This document shows, one piece after another, positions 44,881-55,056 of a stretch of 64,000 bases of DNA. Origin of the DNA: an uncultured Dehalococcoidia bacterium (GTDB lineage Bacteria; Chloroflexota; Dehalococcoidia; SHYB01); assembly GCA_964555685.1 (NCBI GenBank), contig CAZKTO010000003.1:556-64555 (forward strand), given 5' to 3'. The notes under the pieces were generated by a model, which worked only from the letters and a program-made list of their open reading frames with translations, searched no databases and had not been told where the DNA came from. Position numbers and translations under genes: made by a program. Numbering within the stretch: the first letter of the stretch is position 1; the number at the start of each line of letters is the position of its first letter.

Positions 44881-45786
44881 ATGACGCTACGAGAGAAGTT
44901 GGGTGGAATGAGCCTGTTCGATGCGGCGCGGGCCGCCGGCGTGAAGTTCACCCGGGAGGCGCTGCCGGAGAGCCGGTTCGTGAGCGCGCACGGGATGCGG
45001 TTCCACTACCTGGACTGGGGCAGTCAAGGCAAGCCCAAGATGCTCCTTCTTCACGGCGGCGCCCAGACGGCCCACATGTGGGACTTCTTCGCCCTCGCCA
45101 TGCGCGACAGCTACCACATCGCAGCCCTGGACCAGCGCGGCCACGGCGACTCGTCCTGGGCCGAGGACGGCGACTACGCGACGGAGGCCCATGTGAAGGA
45201 CATCGCCGCCGTCACCGACGCCATCGGCTTCGATCATTTCTTGCTGCTGGGCCTCTCCATGGGCGGACGGAACTCGTACAGCTTCACGGCCCGGCACCCA
45301 GAGAAGGTGCACGCGCTGACCATCGTGGACGTGGGGCCGGAGGTCGAGGTGGAGGGCCGCAAGCACATCCAGGAGTTTCTGGAGGACACGGATGTCTTCG
45401 AGTCGTTCGACTGGCTGGTGGAGCGGGTAAAGCTCTATAACCCGCGCCGGCCGGAGGCGCAGATCCGCGGCAGTCTCGTCAACAACCTGAAGCGTATGCC
45501 GGACGGGCGCTGGACCTGGAAGCACGACCGGCGGCGCGGCATCCGCCGGGACCGGGGCGGCGAGATCACCGAGGACGCCTGGCGCGACGTGCAGTCCATC
45601 CGCTGCCCCACGCTCATCGTCCGCGGCGCCGAGAGCGATATCTTCTCGCCCCGTACCGCCAGGAAGATGCTGGAGATGGTCCCGGGCAGCCGGCTCGCCG
45701 AGGTCCCCAAGGCCGGCCACCTCGTCCCCGGCGATAACCCCACCGGCTTCGAGCAGGCCGTCCGCTCCTTCCTCGCCTCCCTCTAG
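44881..45786 (+). CDS. alpha/beta hydrolase
   Basis: It contains LLLHGGAQTAHMW, GLSMGG and KAGH. Confidence 0.85.
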   Translation: MTLREKLGGMSLFDAARAAGVKFTREALPESRFVSAHGMRFHYLDWGSQGKPKMLLLHGGAQTAHMWDFFALAMRDSYHIAALDQRGHGDSSWAEDGDYATEAHVKDIAAVTDAIGFDHFLLLGLSMGGRNSYSFTARHPEKVHALTIVDVGPEVEVEGRKHIQEFLEDTDVFESFDWLVERVKLYNPRRPEAQIRGSLVNNLKRMPDGRWTWKHDRRRGIRRDRGGEITEDAWRDVQSIRCPTLIVRGAESDIFSPRTARKMLEMVPGSRLAEVPKAGHLVPGDNPTGFEQAVRSFLASL

Positions 45787-45810
45787 CCATGTATCGCTCT
45801 CAAGAAAACT

Positions 45811-45978
45811 GGGGAAAGCCTCTTTTGCAAAAGAGGCTTTCCCCGGGCCCCCTTCCAGAAAACTCTAGAGGTGGAGTAGCGGGGGTGGGCTCCAAGGGGA
45901 GCCCACCCCCGCTACTCCACGCCTAAAGTTCCTTGGGAGAGGTCTGGAGAGAGCCTTTCTGTCAAGAAAGGTCTCTCC
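45811..45978. repeat. array of three long hairpins
   Basis: The three hairpins are 45811-45844 (16-bp stem), 45871-45920 (23-bp stem, loop aagg) and 45946-45978 (about 13-bp stem with one bulge). Confidence 0.7.
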
Positions 45979-46019
45979 AATGTCCTTGGAAACGACGCGC
46001 GGCCAGAGGGAGACGAGCG

Positions 46020-47153
46020 ATGGCGCATCAAGGGTTGGTGGTGCTGGACAGCGACATGCACGTGCTGGAGCCGGACGATCTGTGGCTCCGGTACATGGAC
46101 GCGCCGTTCCGCGACCAGGCGCCGCGCCGCGCGCCCCTGGGCCACGACGGCCCTCTGACCTGGCAGTGCCAGGGCAGGTTCCTCCCGGCCTACGCAGACC
46201 ACCCGGTGCGCCGCCAGCAGAACCGCGCCCGGTCCGAGCGCGCTCGCCAGAAAGGCGACCGCTACGCCGAGGCGCGCGCCCGCAGCTATGACGCCCGCTC
46301 CCAGCTCGCTGCCATGGATATCGAGGGGATCGACGTCGCCGTGGCCTTCCGCACCCTGGGCAGCCACGTCATCGCCATCGACGGGATGGACGCGGAGCTG
46401 GCGGCGGCCTGCTGCCGCGCCTTCAACCGCTGGCTGGCCGACTACTGCGCCACGGACCCGTATCGTCTGCGCGGGACCGCCATCGTGCCGATGCAGGACG
46501 CGCGCAAGGCCGTCGAGGAGGCGCGGTACGCCGTCGGCGAGCTCAAGATGTGCGCCATCGTCCTGCCCTCAAACCCGGTCGACGGCCGGCAGCTCTACGA
46601 CCCCGCCTACGACCCCCTCTGGTCAGCCATCGAGGAGATGGGCGTTGCGGTGGCCTTCCACGGCGTCCACGCCGCCTACCAGGAGCACATCGCCAACCGA
46701 TACCTGGAGAATCTGACGCTGGCCCACGCCTCGTCGCACCCCATGGAGGCGATGCTGGCCATGGGCGCCATGATCTGCGGCGGCGTCCTTCAGCGCTTCC
46801 CCAGGCTCCGGGCCGGGTTCCTGGAAGGGACGTGCGCGTGGGCGCCCTGGTGGCTCTGGCGGCTGGACGAGGAGTGGGAGAGGTTCGGGCCCGGCGAGCG
46901 GACGCAGCTCACGGGTAGGCCCAGCGACTACTTCCGCCGCCAGTGCTACGTCTCCGTCGACCCCGGCGAGCGGCTTGTGAAGCAGGTCATCGACGTGCTG
47001 GGCGACGAGAACCTGGTGATCTCGACCGACTGGCCCCACGACGACTCGGCCTACCCCAACGCCATCGCCTCGTTCCTGCGGATCGAGGGGCTGACGGTGG
47101 ACTCGCGGCGGAAGATACTGTGGGACAACTGCGCGCGGCTGTACGGGGTGTGA
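46020..47153 (+). CDS. amidohydrolase-2 family metal-dependent hydrolase (ACMSD-like)
   Basis: The start is the internal ATG at 46020 (MAHQGLVVLDSDMHVLEP). It contains STDWPHDD. A paralogue ends at 63728. Confidence 0.8.
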   Translation: MAHQGLVVLDSDMHVLEPDDLWLRYMDAPFRDQAPRRAPLGHDGPLTWQCQGRFLPAYADHPVRRQQNRARSERARQKGDRYAEARARSYDARSQLAAMDIEGIDVAVAFRTLGSHVIAIDGMDAELAAACCRAFNRWLADYCATDPYRLRGTAIVPMQDARKAVEEARYAVGELKMCAIVLPSNPVDGRQLYDPAYDPLWSAIEEMGVAVAFHGVHAAYQEHIANRYLENLTLAHASSHPMEAMLAMGAMICGGVLQRFPRLRAGFLEGTCAWAPWWLWRLDEEWERFGPGERTQLTGRPSDYFRRQCYVSVDPGERLVKQVIDVLGDENLVISTDWPHDDSAYPNAIASFLRIEGLTVDSRRKILWDNCARLYGV

Positions 47154-47162
47154 AGGAGCCCC

Positions 47163-48221
47163 CTACCCCACCGGCCCCTCGCCGCGAACCCAGCGGGCGA
47201 GGTCGTTGAAGGTGACGGCGACGAAGATGCCCATGAGGATGGCGAAGCCCGCCAGATGCACCAGGGCCTCCTTCTGCGGCGGGATGCGCTTGCCCCGGCG
47301 CACCACCTCGATAGCCAGGAAGAAGAGCCGCCCGCCGTCCAGGGCCGGGATGGGCAGGATATTGAAGATGGCCAGGTTCAGGCTCAGGAGCGCGGCGAAC
47401 AGGACCACCGCCCGGATCCCGATGCCGGCCACCTCGCCGGTCACGCGCGCGATGCCCACTGGCCCCAGGGCGTCGTCCTGCGGACTGCGCCCGCCCTCGA
47501 ACCAGCTGGCGATGCCGTTCTTCATCAGGATCAGGACGTCGACGGTCTCGCGCCCGGCCTTGGGGACCGCCTCCCAGAACGGATAGGAGCGGCTGACCCT
47601 TCGCGCATTCTGGAGATTGTATGCGATGCCCACGTTCCCCTCGCCGGGAGGGGGATTCCAGCGTGGCGTGACCTTGAGCGTCAGGCGCTCGCCTCCACGC
47701 TCCACGATGGTCGTCGTCTCGCCACCCAGGTGGAGCTGGTACTGGCGGCGGAGGTCCCCGCTGCTTTCGATCCTGCGCCCGCTGACCTCCCGGATGACGT
47801 CGCCCGGCTGAACGCCCGCCGCGGCGGCCGGCGAGCCCGGCGCCACATCCATGATGGTCACATCGCCCACGGTTACCTTCTCCGGCGTCATGAACAGGAT
47901 GACGAAGAGGACGACGGCGAGGGCCGCGTTCATGAACGCGCCGGCGCCCAGCACGATGGCCCGCTTCCAGGCCGCCTGCGCCGCCAGGCTCCGCGGGTCC
48001 GAGGGGTCCTCCTCGCCCAGCATCTTCACGAAGCCGCCCAGCGGGATGGCGTTGATGGAGTAGAGCGTGTCCCCCTTCCGGAAGCCCCACAGCCGAGGCG
48101 GCAGGCCGACGCCGAACTCCAGCACCTTCACGCCGGCCAGCTTGGCCGTGGTGAAGTGCCCCAGCTCGTGGATGATGACGAGCGGAAGCAAGATGGCGAG
48201 AAAGGCGAGGAGCGTCGTCAT
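47163..48221 (-). CDS. rseP: RIP metalloprotease (site-2 protease, M50)
   Basis: It has the HELGHF motif, a PDZ segment and is multi-TM. Confidence 0.9.
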   Translation of the reverse strand: MTTLLAFLAILLPLVIIHELGHFTTAKLAGVKVLEFGVGLPPRLWGFRKGDTLYSINAIPLGGFVKMLGEEDPSDPRSLAAQAAWKRAIVLGAGAFMNAALAVVLFVILFMTPEKVTVGDVTIMDVAPGSPAAAAGVQPGDVIREVSGRRIESSGDLRRQYQLHLGGETTTIVERGGERLTLKVTPRWNPPPGEGNVGIAYNLQNARRVSRSYPFWEAVPKAGRETVDVLILMKNGIASWFEGGRSPQDDALGPVGIARVTGEVAGIGIRAVVLFAALLSLNLAIFNILPIPALDGGRLFFLAIEVVRRGKRIPPQKEALVHLAGFAILMGIFVAVTFNDLARWVRGEGPVG

Positions 48222-48239
48222 GAGGGTCCGGGGCGCCGG

Positions 48240-49367
48240 CTAGTCCGGCACCTGTTTCGCCACGAACTCGCGCGCCCAGGCGTCAGCGTCCAGCACGTCC
48301 TCCAGCGAGGGGTACTGGACCGACCGGTGGGCGCCCAGGGCCGCCTCGACGAGCTTGGGGATCTCGCCGAACCCTACCTGGTACGTCAGGAACATCCCCA
48401 CGGCCACCTCGTCGGCGGCGGCCAGCACCGCCGGGAAGGTGCCGCCTCGCCTGCCGGCCTCCAGGGCCAGCCGGAAGCACGGATAGCGCCCCATATCCAT
48501 AGGCTCGAAGGTGAGCTTCCCCACCTCGATGAGATTCAGCCGAGGCAGCGAAGGATTCGGCCACCGCTCGGGATAGGAGAGGGAGTACTGGATGGGCAGG
48601 CGCATGTCGGGCGGACCCAGCTGGGCCTTCACCGAGCCATCGGCCAGCTCGACCATCGAGTGGATAATGCTCTGGGGGTGGATCACCACCTCGATGCGGT
48701 CCATGGGGACGCCGAAGAGCCAGTTGGCCTCGATGACCTCGAACCCTTTATTCATCAGTGTCGCCGAGTCGATGGTGATCTTGCGCCCCATGCGCCACGT
48801 CGGGTGATTGAGGGCCTCGCCCTGGGTGACGGCCGCGATCTCGTGGATGGGCCGGGCGCGGAAGGGGCCGCCGGATGCGGTAAGGATGATGCGCTGGATC
48901 TCCTTGCTCTCGCCGCGCATGCACTGCCACATGGCGCTGGGCTCGCTGTCCACGGGCAGGATCTCGACGCCGTTGCGCTGGGCCTGGGCGGTGACGATGT
49001 TGCCCGCCATGATGATGACCTCTTTGTTGGCCAGCGCGATGGCCTTGCGGGCGTTGATGGCGGCCAGCGTCGGCATCAGGCCCATGCGCCCGACGGTGGC
49101 GACCATGATGACGTCCACCTCCGGATGGACCGCCATCTCCTCCATGGTGGTATAGCGCCAGCCGTTGGGGACCAGGAGCTCGTCGCCGACGCCCCTGGTG
49201 TAGTAGACCATCTGGGGCTTGAACTCGGCGACCTGTTTGGAGAGCAACTCGATATTCGAACCCGCGGCGAGGCCCAGGACCTGGAAGCGATCGGGGAAGG
49301 AGCGGACGATGTCGAGGGTCTGGCGGCCGATGGAGCCCGTGGAACCGAGGATGGCGATGCGCTTCAT
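48240..49367 (-). CDS. dxr: 1-deoxy-D-xylulose 5-phosphate reductoisomerase
   Basis: The start is the internal ATG at 49367 (MKRIAILGSTGSIGRQTL), which overlaps the cdsA stop (ATGA). Confidence 0.92.
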   Translation of the reverse strand: MKRIAILGSTGSIGRQTLDIVRSFPDRFQVLGLAAGSNIELLSKQVAEFKPQMVYYTRGVGDELLVPNGWRYTTMEEMAVHPEVDVIMVATVGRMGLMPTLAAINARKAIALANKEVIIMAGNIVTAQAQRNGVEILPVDSEPSAMWQCMRGESKEIQRIILTASGGPFRARPIHEIAAVTQGEALNHPTWRMGRKITIDSATLMNKGFEVIEANWLFGVPMDRIEVVIHPQSIIHSMVELADGSVKAQLGPPDMRLPIQYSLSYPERWPNPSLPRLNLIEVGKLTFEPMDMGRYPCFRLALEAGRRGGTFPAVLAAADEVAVGMFLTYQVGFGEIPKLVEAALGAHRSVQYPSLEDVLDADAWAREFVAKQVPD

Positions 49368-50239
49368 GGTGCACTCAGCCCTTCCGTTACGAAGTAGTAT
49401 AGCACGACGATTGCCGGAATCAGGCTGTCCAGACGGTCCAGCACGCCGCCGTGCCCGGGGATGAGCCCGCTGGAGTCCTTCACCCCGGCCATCCGCTTGA
49501 TCATCGAGAGGGAGAGGTCGCCGAACTGGGAGGCGACGGCCAGGAGGAACCCGAGCAGCACGCCCTGGCCGGCGTTGATCTCGAGATCGAAGCCAGCGGT
49601 GACGGCCCAGCCGGCGACCATGCCCGTGGCGATGCCGGCGATGGAGCCCTCCCACGTCTTCCGGGGGCTGATGGTCGGCGCCATGGGGTGACGGCCCACC
49701 AGGCGGCCGATGACGTAGGCGCTGGTATCCACGGCGAAGGTGAGGATGACGGCCGTCAACAGCCACTCGCGCCCCTCCACCAGCGCCCGGATGCGGACGG
49801 CGTGGCTCAGGGTCCAGCCGATGAGGAAGACGCCGGCCAGCGTCCAGACCCAATCGGCCAGGAGCCGCTCCTTGGGCGGCGTGAGGAGCAGAAGGAAGAG
49901 GGGCACGATGATGGTCCCGGTGATGAGGGCGCCCTGGAAGTTGAAATCGACGACGGCCTCGACGACGAAGAGGACGCCAGCGACGATGCCCAGGAGAAGG
50001 GTGGGCGTGGCGCCAGCCCGGACGGTCATCCGGTGGAACTCGTAGACGCCGACGCAGGCCGCCGCCGAGACCAGGGCCGCCGTGGCGGGCACGCCGAACC
50101 ACACCATGGCAATGATGAGCGGCGTGAAGACGGCCCCGGAGGTGACGCGGGAGCGGATGTTGGACGATGGACCGGCGGGCGCACCGCCCGGGACGCCGTG
50201 GCCGGCCGGTACGGGTCGTCCGGTCACGGGCTGGGCCAC
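49364..50239 (-). CDS. cdsA: phosphatidate cytidylyltransferase
   Basis: It is multi-TM and has the C-terminal signature SMIKRMAGVKDSSGLIPGHGGVLDRLDS. I chose the GTG at 50239 (GGAGGAG lies 8 nt upstream). Confidence 0.88.
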   Translation of the reverse strand: MAQPVTGRPVPAGHGVPGGAPAGPSSNIRSRVTSGAVFTPLIIAMVWFGVPATAALVSAAACVGVYEFHRMTVRAGATPTLLLGIVAGVLFVVEAVVDFNFQGALITGTIIVPLFLLLLTPPKERLLADWVWTLAGVFLIGWTLSHAVRIRALVEGREWLLTAVILTFAVDTSAYVIGRLVGRHPMAPTISPRKTWEGSIAGIATGMVAGWAVTAGFDLEINAGQGVLLGFLLAVASQFGDLSLSMIKRMAGVKDSSGLIPGHGGVLDRLDSLIPAIVVLYYFVTEGLSAP

Positions 50240-50244
50240 GGGTG

Positions 50245-50988
50245 CTACTCCTCCGACGCCAGCCCGCCGAAGCGCCGCTGCCGCTGGGCGTAGGCCGCCA
50301 GGGCCTGCCGGACCTCGTCCTCGCCGAAGTCCGGCCAGCACGCGCTGGTAGCGTAGTACTCAGCGTAGGCCGTCTGCCAGAGGAGGAGGTTGCTGAGGCG
50401 CATCTCCCCGCCGGTGCGGATCACCAGGTCCGGGTCCGGAACGCCCGCCGTGTCCAGAAAGGAGGCGAAGGCCTCCTCCGTCGCCTCCTCCGGTCTGACG
50501 CCCGCGGCCAGCATCCGGCGCACCGCCGCGACGATCTCCGCCCGGCCGCCGTAGTCCAGGGCGACGCAGAGGGTGAAGCGGCGGTTGTCCTTGGTGAGAT
50601 CCACGGCATGCTGGACCGCCTGCCGCAGGGCCGGGGCCAGGCGGTCGCTCCGGCCGATGTGGATCAGACGCACGCCGCTCTCATGGAGGCTCTGGAGCTC
50701 GCGGCGGACCACCTCGCCCAGGAGGCGCCAGAGGCCGCTCACCTCCTCGCGCGGCCGTGACCAGTTCTCCGTGGAGAAGGCGTAGAGGGTGAGATAGGTC
50801 ACGCCGTGGTCCGCGAAGGCCTGGATAACCCGGCGGGCGTTGCGGGCGCCGGCGCGGTGCCCGGCGAGCCGGAGCAGGCCACGGCTCCGGGCCCACCGGC
50901 CGTTCCCATCCATGATGACGGCTACGTGGCAGGGGACACGGACGGCCTGGGTGTCCGGGACGGGAGCGGGGCGCGTCTGGTTGGTCAT
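50245..50988 (-). CDS. uppS: isoprenyl transferase (undecaprenyl-diphosphate synthase)
   Basis: It contains HVAVIMDGNGRWA and RTGGEMRLSNLLLWQ. Confidence 0.92.
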   Translation of the reverse strand: MTNQTRPAPVPDTQAVRVPCHVAVIMDGNGRWARSRGLLRLAGHRAGARNARRVIQAFADHGVTYLTLYAFSTENWSRPREEVSGLWRLLGEVVRRELQSLHESGVRLIHIGRSDRLAPALRQAVQHAVDLTKDNRRFTLCVALDYGGRAEIVAAVRRMLAAGVRPEEATEEAFASFLDTAGVPDPDLVIRTGGEMRLSNLLLWQTAYAEYYATSACWPDFGEDEVRQALAAYAQRQRRFGGLASEE

Positions 50989-51008
50989 GGGCGAGGCCCG
51001 GAGGCGGC

Positions 51009-51566
51009 CTAGACCTCCATCAGCTCGGCCTCTTTCTTGGCCCCGAGCCTGTCGGCCTGCTCCACCGAGCTGTCCGTGAGCTTCTGCAGACGCTCCTGAG
51101 CGCGCCGCTGCTCGTCCTGCGAGATCTGCTTACTCTTCTCGGCGTCCCGGAGCGCCTCGATACCCTCGCGCCGGACGTTGCGGATGGCGATCTTCCCATC
51201 CTCGACGCGGCGGCCAACCACCTTGACGAGCTCCCGGCGGCGCTCCTCGTTCAGGGGCGGGATGGGCAGGCGGATGACGGCGCCATCGCTGGCGGGGTTG
51301 AGGCCCAGGTCAGACTTGAGGATCGCCTTCTCGATCTGGCTGGTGGCCTGCTTATCCCAGGGCTGGATGGTGATGAGCCGGGCCTCGGGGACGGAGATGG
51401 TGGCGAGCTGGTTGAGCGGCATGGGCGTGCCGTAGTAGTCCACTAACAGGTGCTCGACCAGGCTGGACCTGGCGCGGCCCGTGCGGATGGAGGCCAGGTC
51501 CTTCTCCAGGACCTCGAGGCTCTTCTTCATCTTGGCTTCGGACTGGCGCAGGGTCTCCTCGATCAT
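51009..51566 (-). CDS. frr: ribosome recycling factor
   Basis: The start is the internal ATG at 51566 ([16 protein letters not shown]...). The product is 185 aa. Confidence 0.92.
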   Translation of the reverse strand: MIEETLRQSEAKMKKSLEVLEKDLASIRTGRARSSLVEHLLVDYYGTPMPLNQLATISVPEARLITIQPWDKQATSQIEKAILKSDLGLNPASDGAVIRLPIPPLNEERRRELVKVVGRRVEDGKIAIRNVRREGIEALRDAEKSKQISQDEQRRAQERLQKLTDSSVEQADRLGAKKEAELMEV

Positions 51567-52342
51567 GACCGTTGCTCCGCCACCGGCTCGGCGGTGGGCT
51601 TTCGCTCCAATTTGACGGACGGCTGCGACGAGACGAGGGTGCCGAACTCCTCGCTCAGCAGCACCTTCTCCAGGCAGCGTGGGTCCCGCAGATCGAAGAC
51701 GATAATGGGCAGGGAGTTGTCCATGCACATGGAGAGCGCCGTCGAATCCATGACCTCGAGGCGCAGGTTGAGGGCGTCCAGGTAGGAGAGGCGAAGGAAC
51801 TTGCGTGCGTCGGGGCGCTTGCGGGGATCGGCGTCGTAGACGCCGTCGACGCCGTTCTTCGCCATCAACAGCACGCCCGCCCCGATCTCGACGGACCGGA
51901 GCGCGGCGGCGGTATCGGTGGTCATGTAGGGGTTGCCGGTGCCCGCGGCGAAGATGACGACGCGGCCCAGCTCCAGGTGCCGCATGGCCCGGCGCTGGAT
52001 GAAGGGCTCGGCGACGTTGGTAATGGGGATGGCCGTCTGGGTCCGGGTGACGACGCCGAGCTTCTCGAGGGCGTCCTGGAGGGCCAGGGCGTTGATAACG
52101 GTGGCCAGCATGCCGGCGTAGTCAGCGGTGGTGCGGTCCATGCCGGCCTGAGCGGCCTCGGCCCCGCGCCAGAGGTTGCCCCCGCCGACGACGACCGCGA
52201 TCTCGACGCCGAGCTGGCGGGCGCGCTTGATATGATTCGCGACGTACCGGAGCGTCGGTAGGTCGATCCCCGACGGGCCCTCGCCACGCAGGGCCTCGCC
52301 GCTGAGCTTCAGGACCGCCCGTTTGTACCGGAGTTGCTGCAT
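51563..52342 (-). CDS. pyrH: UMP kinase
   Basis: The start is the internal ATG at 52342 ([18 protein letters not shown]). Confidence 0.92.
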   Translation of the reverse strand: MQQLRYKRAVLKLSGEALRGEGPSGIDLPTLRYVANHIKRARQLGVEIAVVVGGGNLWRGAEAAQAGMDRTTADYAGMLATVINALALQDALEKLGVVTRTQTAIPITNVAEPFIQRRAMRHLELGRVVIFAAGTGNPYMTTDTAAALRSVEIGAGVLLMAKNGVDGVYDADPRKRPDARKFLRLSYLDALNLRLEVMDSTALSMCMDNSLPIIVFDLRDPRCLEKVLLSEEFGTLVSSQPSVKLERKPTAEPVAEQRS

Positions 52343-52445
52343 GGCGCTCCTCAGGCCGGAGAGGCCGCGGATGCCCGGGCTAACGGATTCTCCTCGCGGC
52401 CATGGACCACGCCGGGGGACCCGCCCGCCGGTGGCAGGCTCGCGC

Positions 52446-52961
52446 CTATTTGCCCAGCTCGAAGCGGCTGATCCTCCGGACCCGGATGTTCTCCCCCAGC
52501 TTGGCGATGGCCTCGGCGACGAGATCCTTGATGGTCTTGGAGGGGTCACGTATGGAGGGCTGGTGCATCAGGCTGGTCTCGGCCAGGCTGCCATCCGGGC
52601 TCTCGGGCAGGTCGTCCACGCCGATGTAGCGGGGGTTCATGGCCGCCACCTGGAGGGCGATCTCGTGGGCCAGGTTCTTGAAGACGTCCGTGCGCGCTAC
52701 GAAATCCGTCTCGCAGTTGAGCTCGACGAGGACGCCGATGCGGCCTCCCTGGTGGACGTAGGTCTCGATGAGGCCCTGGGAGGCCTTGGCGCCGGCCTTC
52801 CTCTCGGCCAGGGCCATGCCCTTGGCGATGCCCTTCTTGCGCAGGGCCTCGATGGCGGCCTCAATGTCGCCCTGGGCCTCGTCGAGGGCGCGCTTGCACT
52901 CCATGACGCCAGCGCCGGTGCGCGAGCGCACCGTCTTGACGGTCTCCGCAGTGACGACCAC
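52446..52961 (-). CDS. tsf: elongation factor Ts (short form)
   Basis: The start codon is GTG. It contains [19 protein letters not shown] and [10 protein letters not shown]. Confidence 0.9.
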   Translation of the reverse strand: MVVTAETVKTVRSRTGAGVMECKRALDEAQGDIEAAIEALRKKGIAKGMALAERKAGAKASQGLIETYVHQGGRIGVLVELNCETDFVARTDVFKNLAHEIALQVAAMNPRYIGVDDLPESPDGSLAETSLMHQPSIRDPSKTIKDLVAEAIAKLGENIRVRRISRFELGK

Positions 52962-52996
52962 GGGTGCGAGCTCCTGGAAGGTTGGTGGCCGGGGTT

Positions 52997-53797
52997 CTAG
53001 GACTCAGCCGCAGCCGCCACCACTTCCTGCGAGGCCGCCGCCTCGTCCGCCTTCTGCTGCTCCATCTGGCGTGTCGCGCGCATGGCGTTACCCTCGAGGA
53101 CGGCGTCGGCCATCTTGCTGGTGATGAGGCGCACCGAGCGAATGGCGTCGTCGTTGCCGGGGATAGGATAGTCGATGAGGTTGGGATCGCAGTCGGTGTC
53201 GTTGATGGCGACGATGGGGACGCCCACGCGGCGGGCCTCGGCGACGGCGATCCGCTCCTTGCCGGGGTCGACGATAAAGACGACGTCCGGGATGCGCCGC
53301 ATCTCCTTGATGCCGCCCATCATGCGGTTGAGCTTGATGACGAGCTCCTCGCGCTTGAGGCCCTCGTGCTTGGTCACAAGGGTGGACTGGCCGGTGTCGC
53401 GCTGGCGCTCCCACTCGATGAGCTGGTCGATGCGCTGCCGGATGGTGGCGAAATTGGTGAGGGTGCCGCCCAGCCAGCGCTGGTTGACGTAGCACATGCC
53501 GCAGCGCTTGGCCTCCTGCTCGATGGCCTCGGCCGCCTGCTTCTTGGTCCCGACGAAGAGGACCGTCTTGCCCTCGGCGGCGAGGTCGCGCACGTAGTGG
53601 AAGGCCCGCGCGAGCATGCCGAGGGTCTGCTGCAGGTCGATGATGTGGATGCCGTTGCGCTGGGTGAAGATGTACTGCTTCATCTTGGGGTTCCACCGGC
53701 GCGTCTTGTGGCCGAAGTGGACCCCCGTCTCCAGCAGCAGCTTCATGCTGACGACTTCGTCCTCGCCCTGCTTGGGCTCCGCGACTTGCTGGGTCAT
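52997..53797 (-). CDS. rpsB: 30S ribosomal protein S2
   Basis: It contains [20 protein letters not shown] chose the ATG at 53797 (MTQQVAEPK...). Confidence 0.92.
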   Translation of the reverse strand: MTQQVAEPKQGEDEVVSMKLLLETGVHFGHKTRRWNPKMKQYIFTQRNGIHIIDLQQTLGMLARAFHYVRDLAAEGKTVLFVGTKKQAAEAIEQEAKRCGMCYVNQRWLGGTLTNFATIRQRIDQLIEWERQRDTGQSTLVTKHEGLKREELVIKLNRMMGGIKEMRRIPDVVFIVDPGKERIAVAEARRVGVPIVAINDTDCDPNLIDYPIPGNDDAIRSVRLITSKMADAVLEGNAMRATRQMEQQKADEAAASQEVVAAAAES

Positions 53798-53938
53798 AGG
53801 CCTGCGTTTCCCTCCGATTCGGGCAACATGCAACGAAAGCGATGGCGCGCGTGCATCGGTCAGTGTACCATAGCGGCAAACTTGAGGGCAACCAGAGGGA
53901 TGCCAGGCCGGCCCAGCGGCGACTCCCGGAGGCCCGTC

Positions 53939-54304
53939 ATGCTCAAGACGCAAGGCTTCACCCATCTCCATCTCGCGGTCAAGGATATCCAGCGGTCCCT
54001 GAAGTTCTACACCGAGACGCTGGGGATGCAGGTCCAGTTCTGGGAGGGGCGCTCGATGGTCTTCCTGCACACGCCGGGCTCCCGGGACCTGCTGACGCTG
54101 CGCCAGGCGAGGAGGGGCGAGGCCGTGGGCATGGGCGGCGGCTTGGGCCACTTCGGCTTCCGGCTCAAGGACAAGGCCGGTCTGGATGCGGCGGTGAAGG
54201 AGGTCGTGGCCGCGGGCGGCAAGCTGCTAGGCAGAGGCGAGCACGCGCCCGGCCTCCCGTACGCCTACCTCTCCGACCCGGACGGGTATGTGATCGAGCT
54301 GTAA
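53939..54304 (+). CDS. VOC/glyoxalase-family protein
   Basis: The start is the internal ATG at 53939 ([24 protein letters not shown]). It contains DPDGYVIEL. Confidence 0.8.
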   Translation: MLKTQGFTHLHLAVKDIQRSLKFYTETLGMQVQFWEGRSMVFLHTPGSRDLLTLRQARRGEAVGMGGGLGHFGFRLKDKAGLDAAVKEVVAAGGKLLGRGEHAPGLPYAYLSDPDGYVIEL

Positions 54305-54315
54305 AGCGCCTTTCC

Positions 54316-54903
54316 ATGCCTGAGACCAACGTACAGCGGTGCTGGGCTGGGTCCGACGACCAGCTCATGCTGCGCTACCACGACGAGGAGTGGGGCGTGC
54401 CGCTGCACGACGACCGCAAACACTTCGAGTTCCTGGTCCTCGATGGCTTCCAGGCGGGGCTCTCCTGGCGCACCATCCTCCACAAACGAGAGAACTTCCG
54501 TCGAGCGTTCCACGACTTCGACGTTGCGCGCATCGCCCGGTACCGGGACAAGGACGTCCAGCGGCTGCTCAGCGATCCAGGCATCGTCCGCAACCGGCAG
54601 AAAGTCCAGGCGGCGATCGTCAACGCCCAACGCTTCTTAGAGGTCCAAAAAGAGTTGGGCGCCTTTGATCGCTACATCTGGCAATTCACAAACTTCAAGA
54701 CGCTGCGGAACCCAAAAGGGATCGCCAGCTGGCAGGACGTCCCAGCGACGAGCCCGGAGTCGGACGCCATGTCGCGCGACCTGACGAAGCGCGGCTTCAA
54801 GTTCGTCGGCAGCACGATCTGCTACGCGTACATGCAGGCGGCAGGCATGGTGAACGACCACCTTAACGGGTGCTTTCGCGCGCCGCGGAAGCACCGATCC
54901 TAA
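54316..54903 (+). CDS. tag: DNA-3-methyladenine glycosylase I
   Basis: It contains YHDEEWGVPLHDDRKHFEFLVLDGFQAGLSW. Confidence 0.9.
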   Translation: MPETNVQRCWAGSDDQLMLRYHDEEWGVPLHDDRKHFEFLVLDGFQAGLSWRTILHKRENFRRAFHDFDVARIARYRDKDVQRLLSDPGIVRNRQKVQAAIVNAQRFLEVQKELGAFDRYIWQFTNFKTLRNPKGIASWQDVPATSPESDAMSRDLTKRGFKFVGSTICYAYMQAAGMVNDHLNGCFRAPRKHRS

Positions 54904-54987
54904 GCGTCGCTACGGTGCATTCTATAGGACATGCTGAAGCCAATTCCGTCTCCATCGACCGGCTTTTTCTGAAGACACCGCCTCCGT

Positions 54988-55017
54988 TTGACACCCTCCC
55001 TCCCCCTCCCCCATACT
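54988..55017 (+). promoter_or_regulatory. candidate promoter TTGACA-N18-CATACT
   Basis: It lies 40 nt upstream of the ATG at 55057. The hairpin ctgcccgc...gcgggcag lies in the short leader. Confidence 0.3.
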
Positions 55018-55056
55018 CCCCCTGCCCGCTGACCTGACGGCGGGCAGGTCTGGCCC

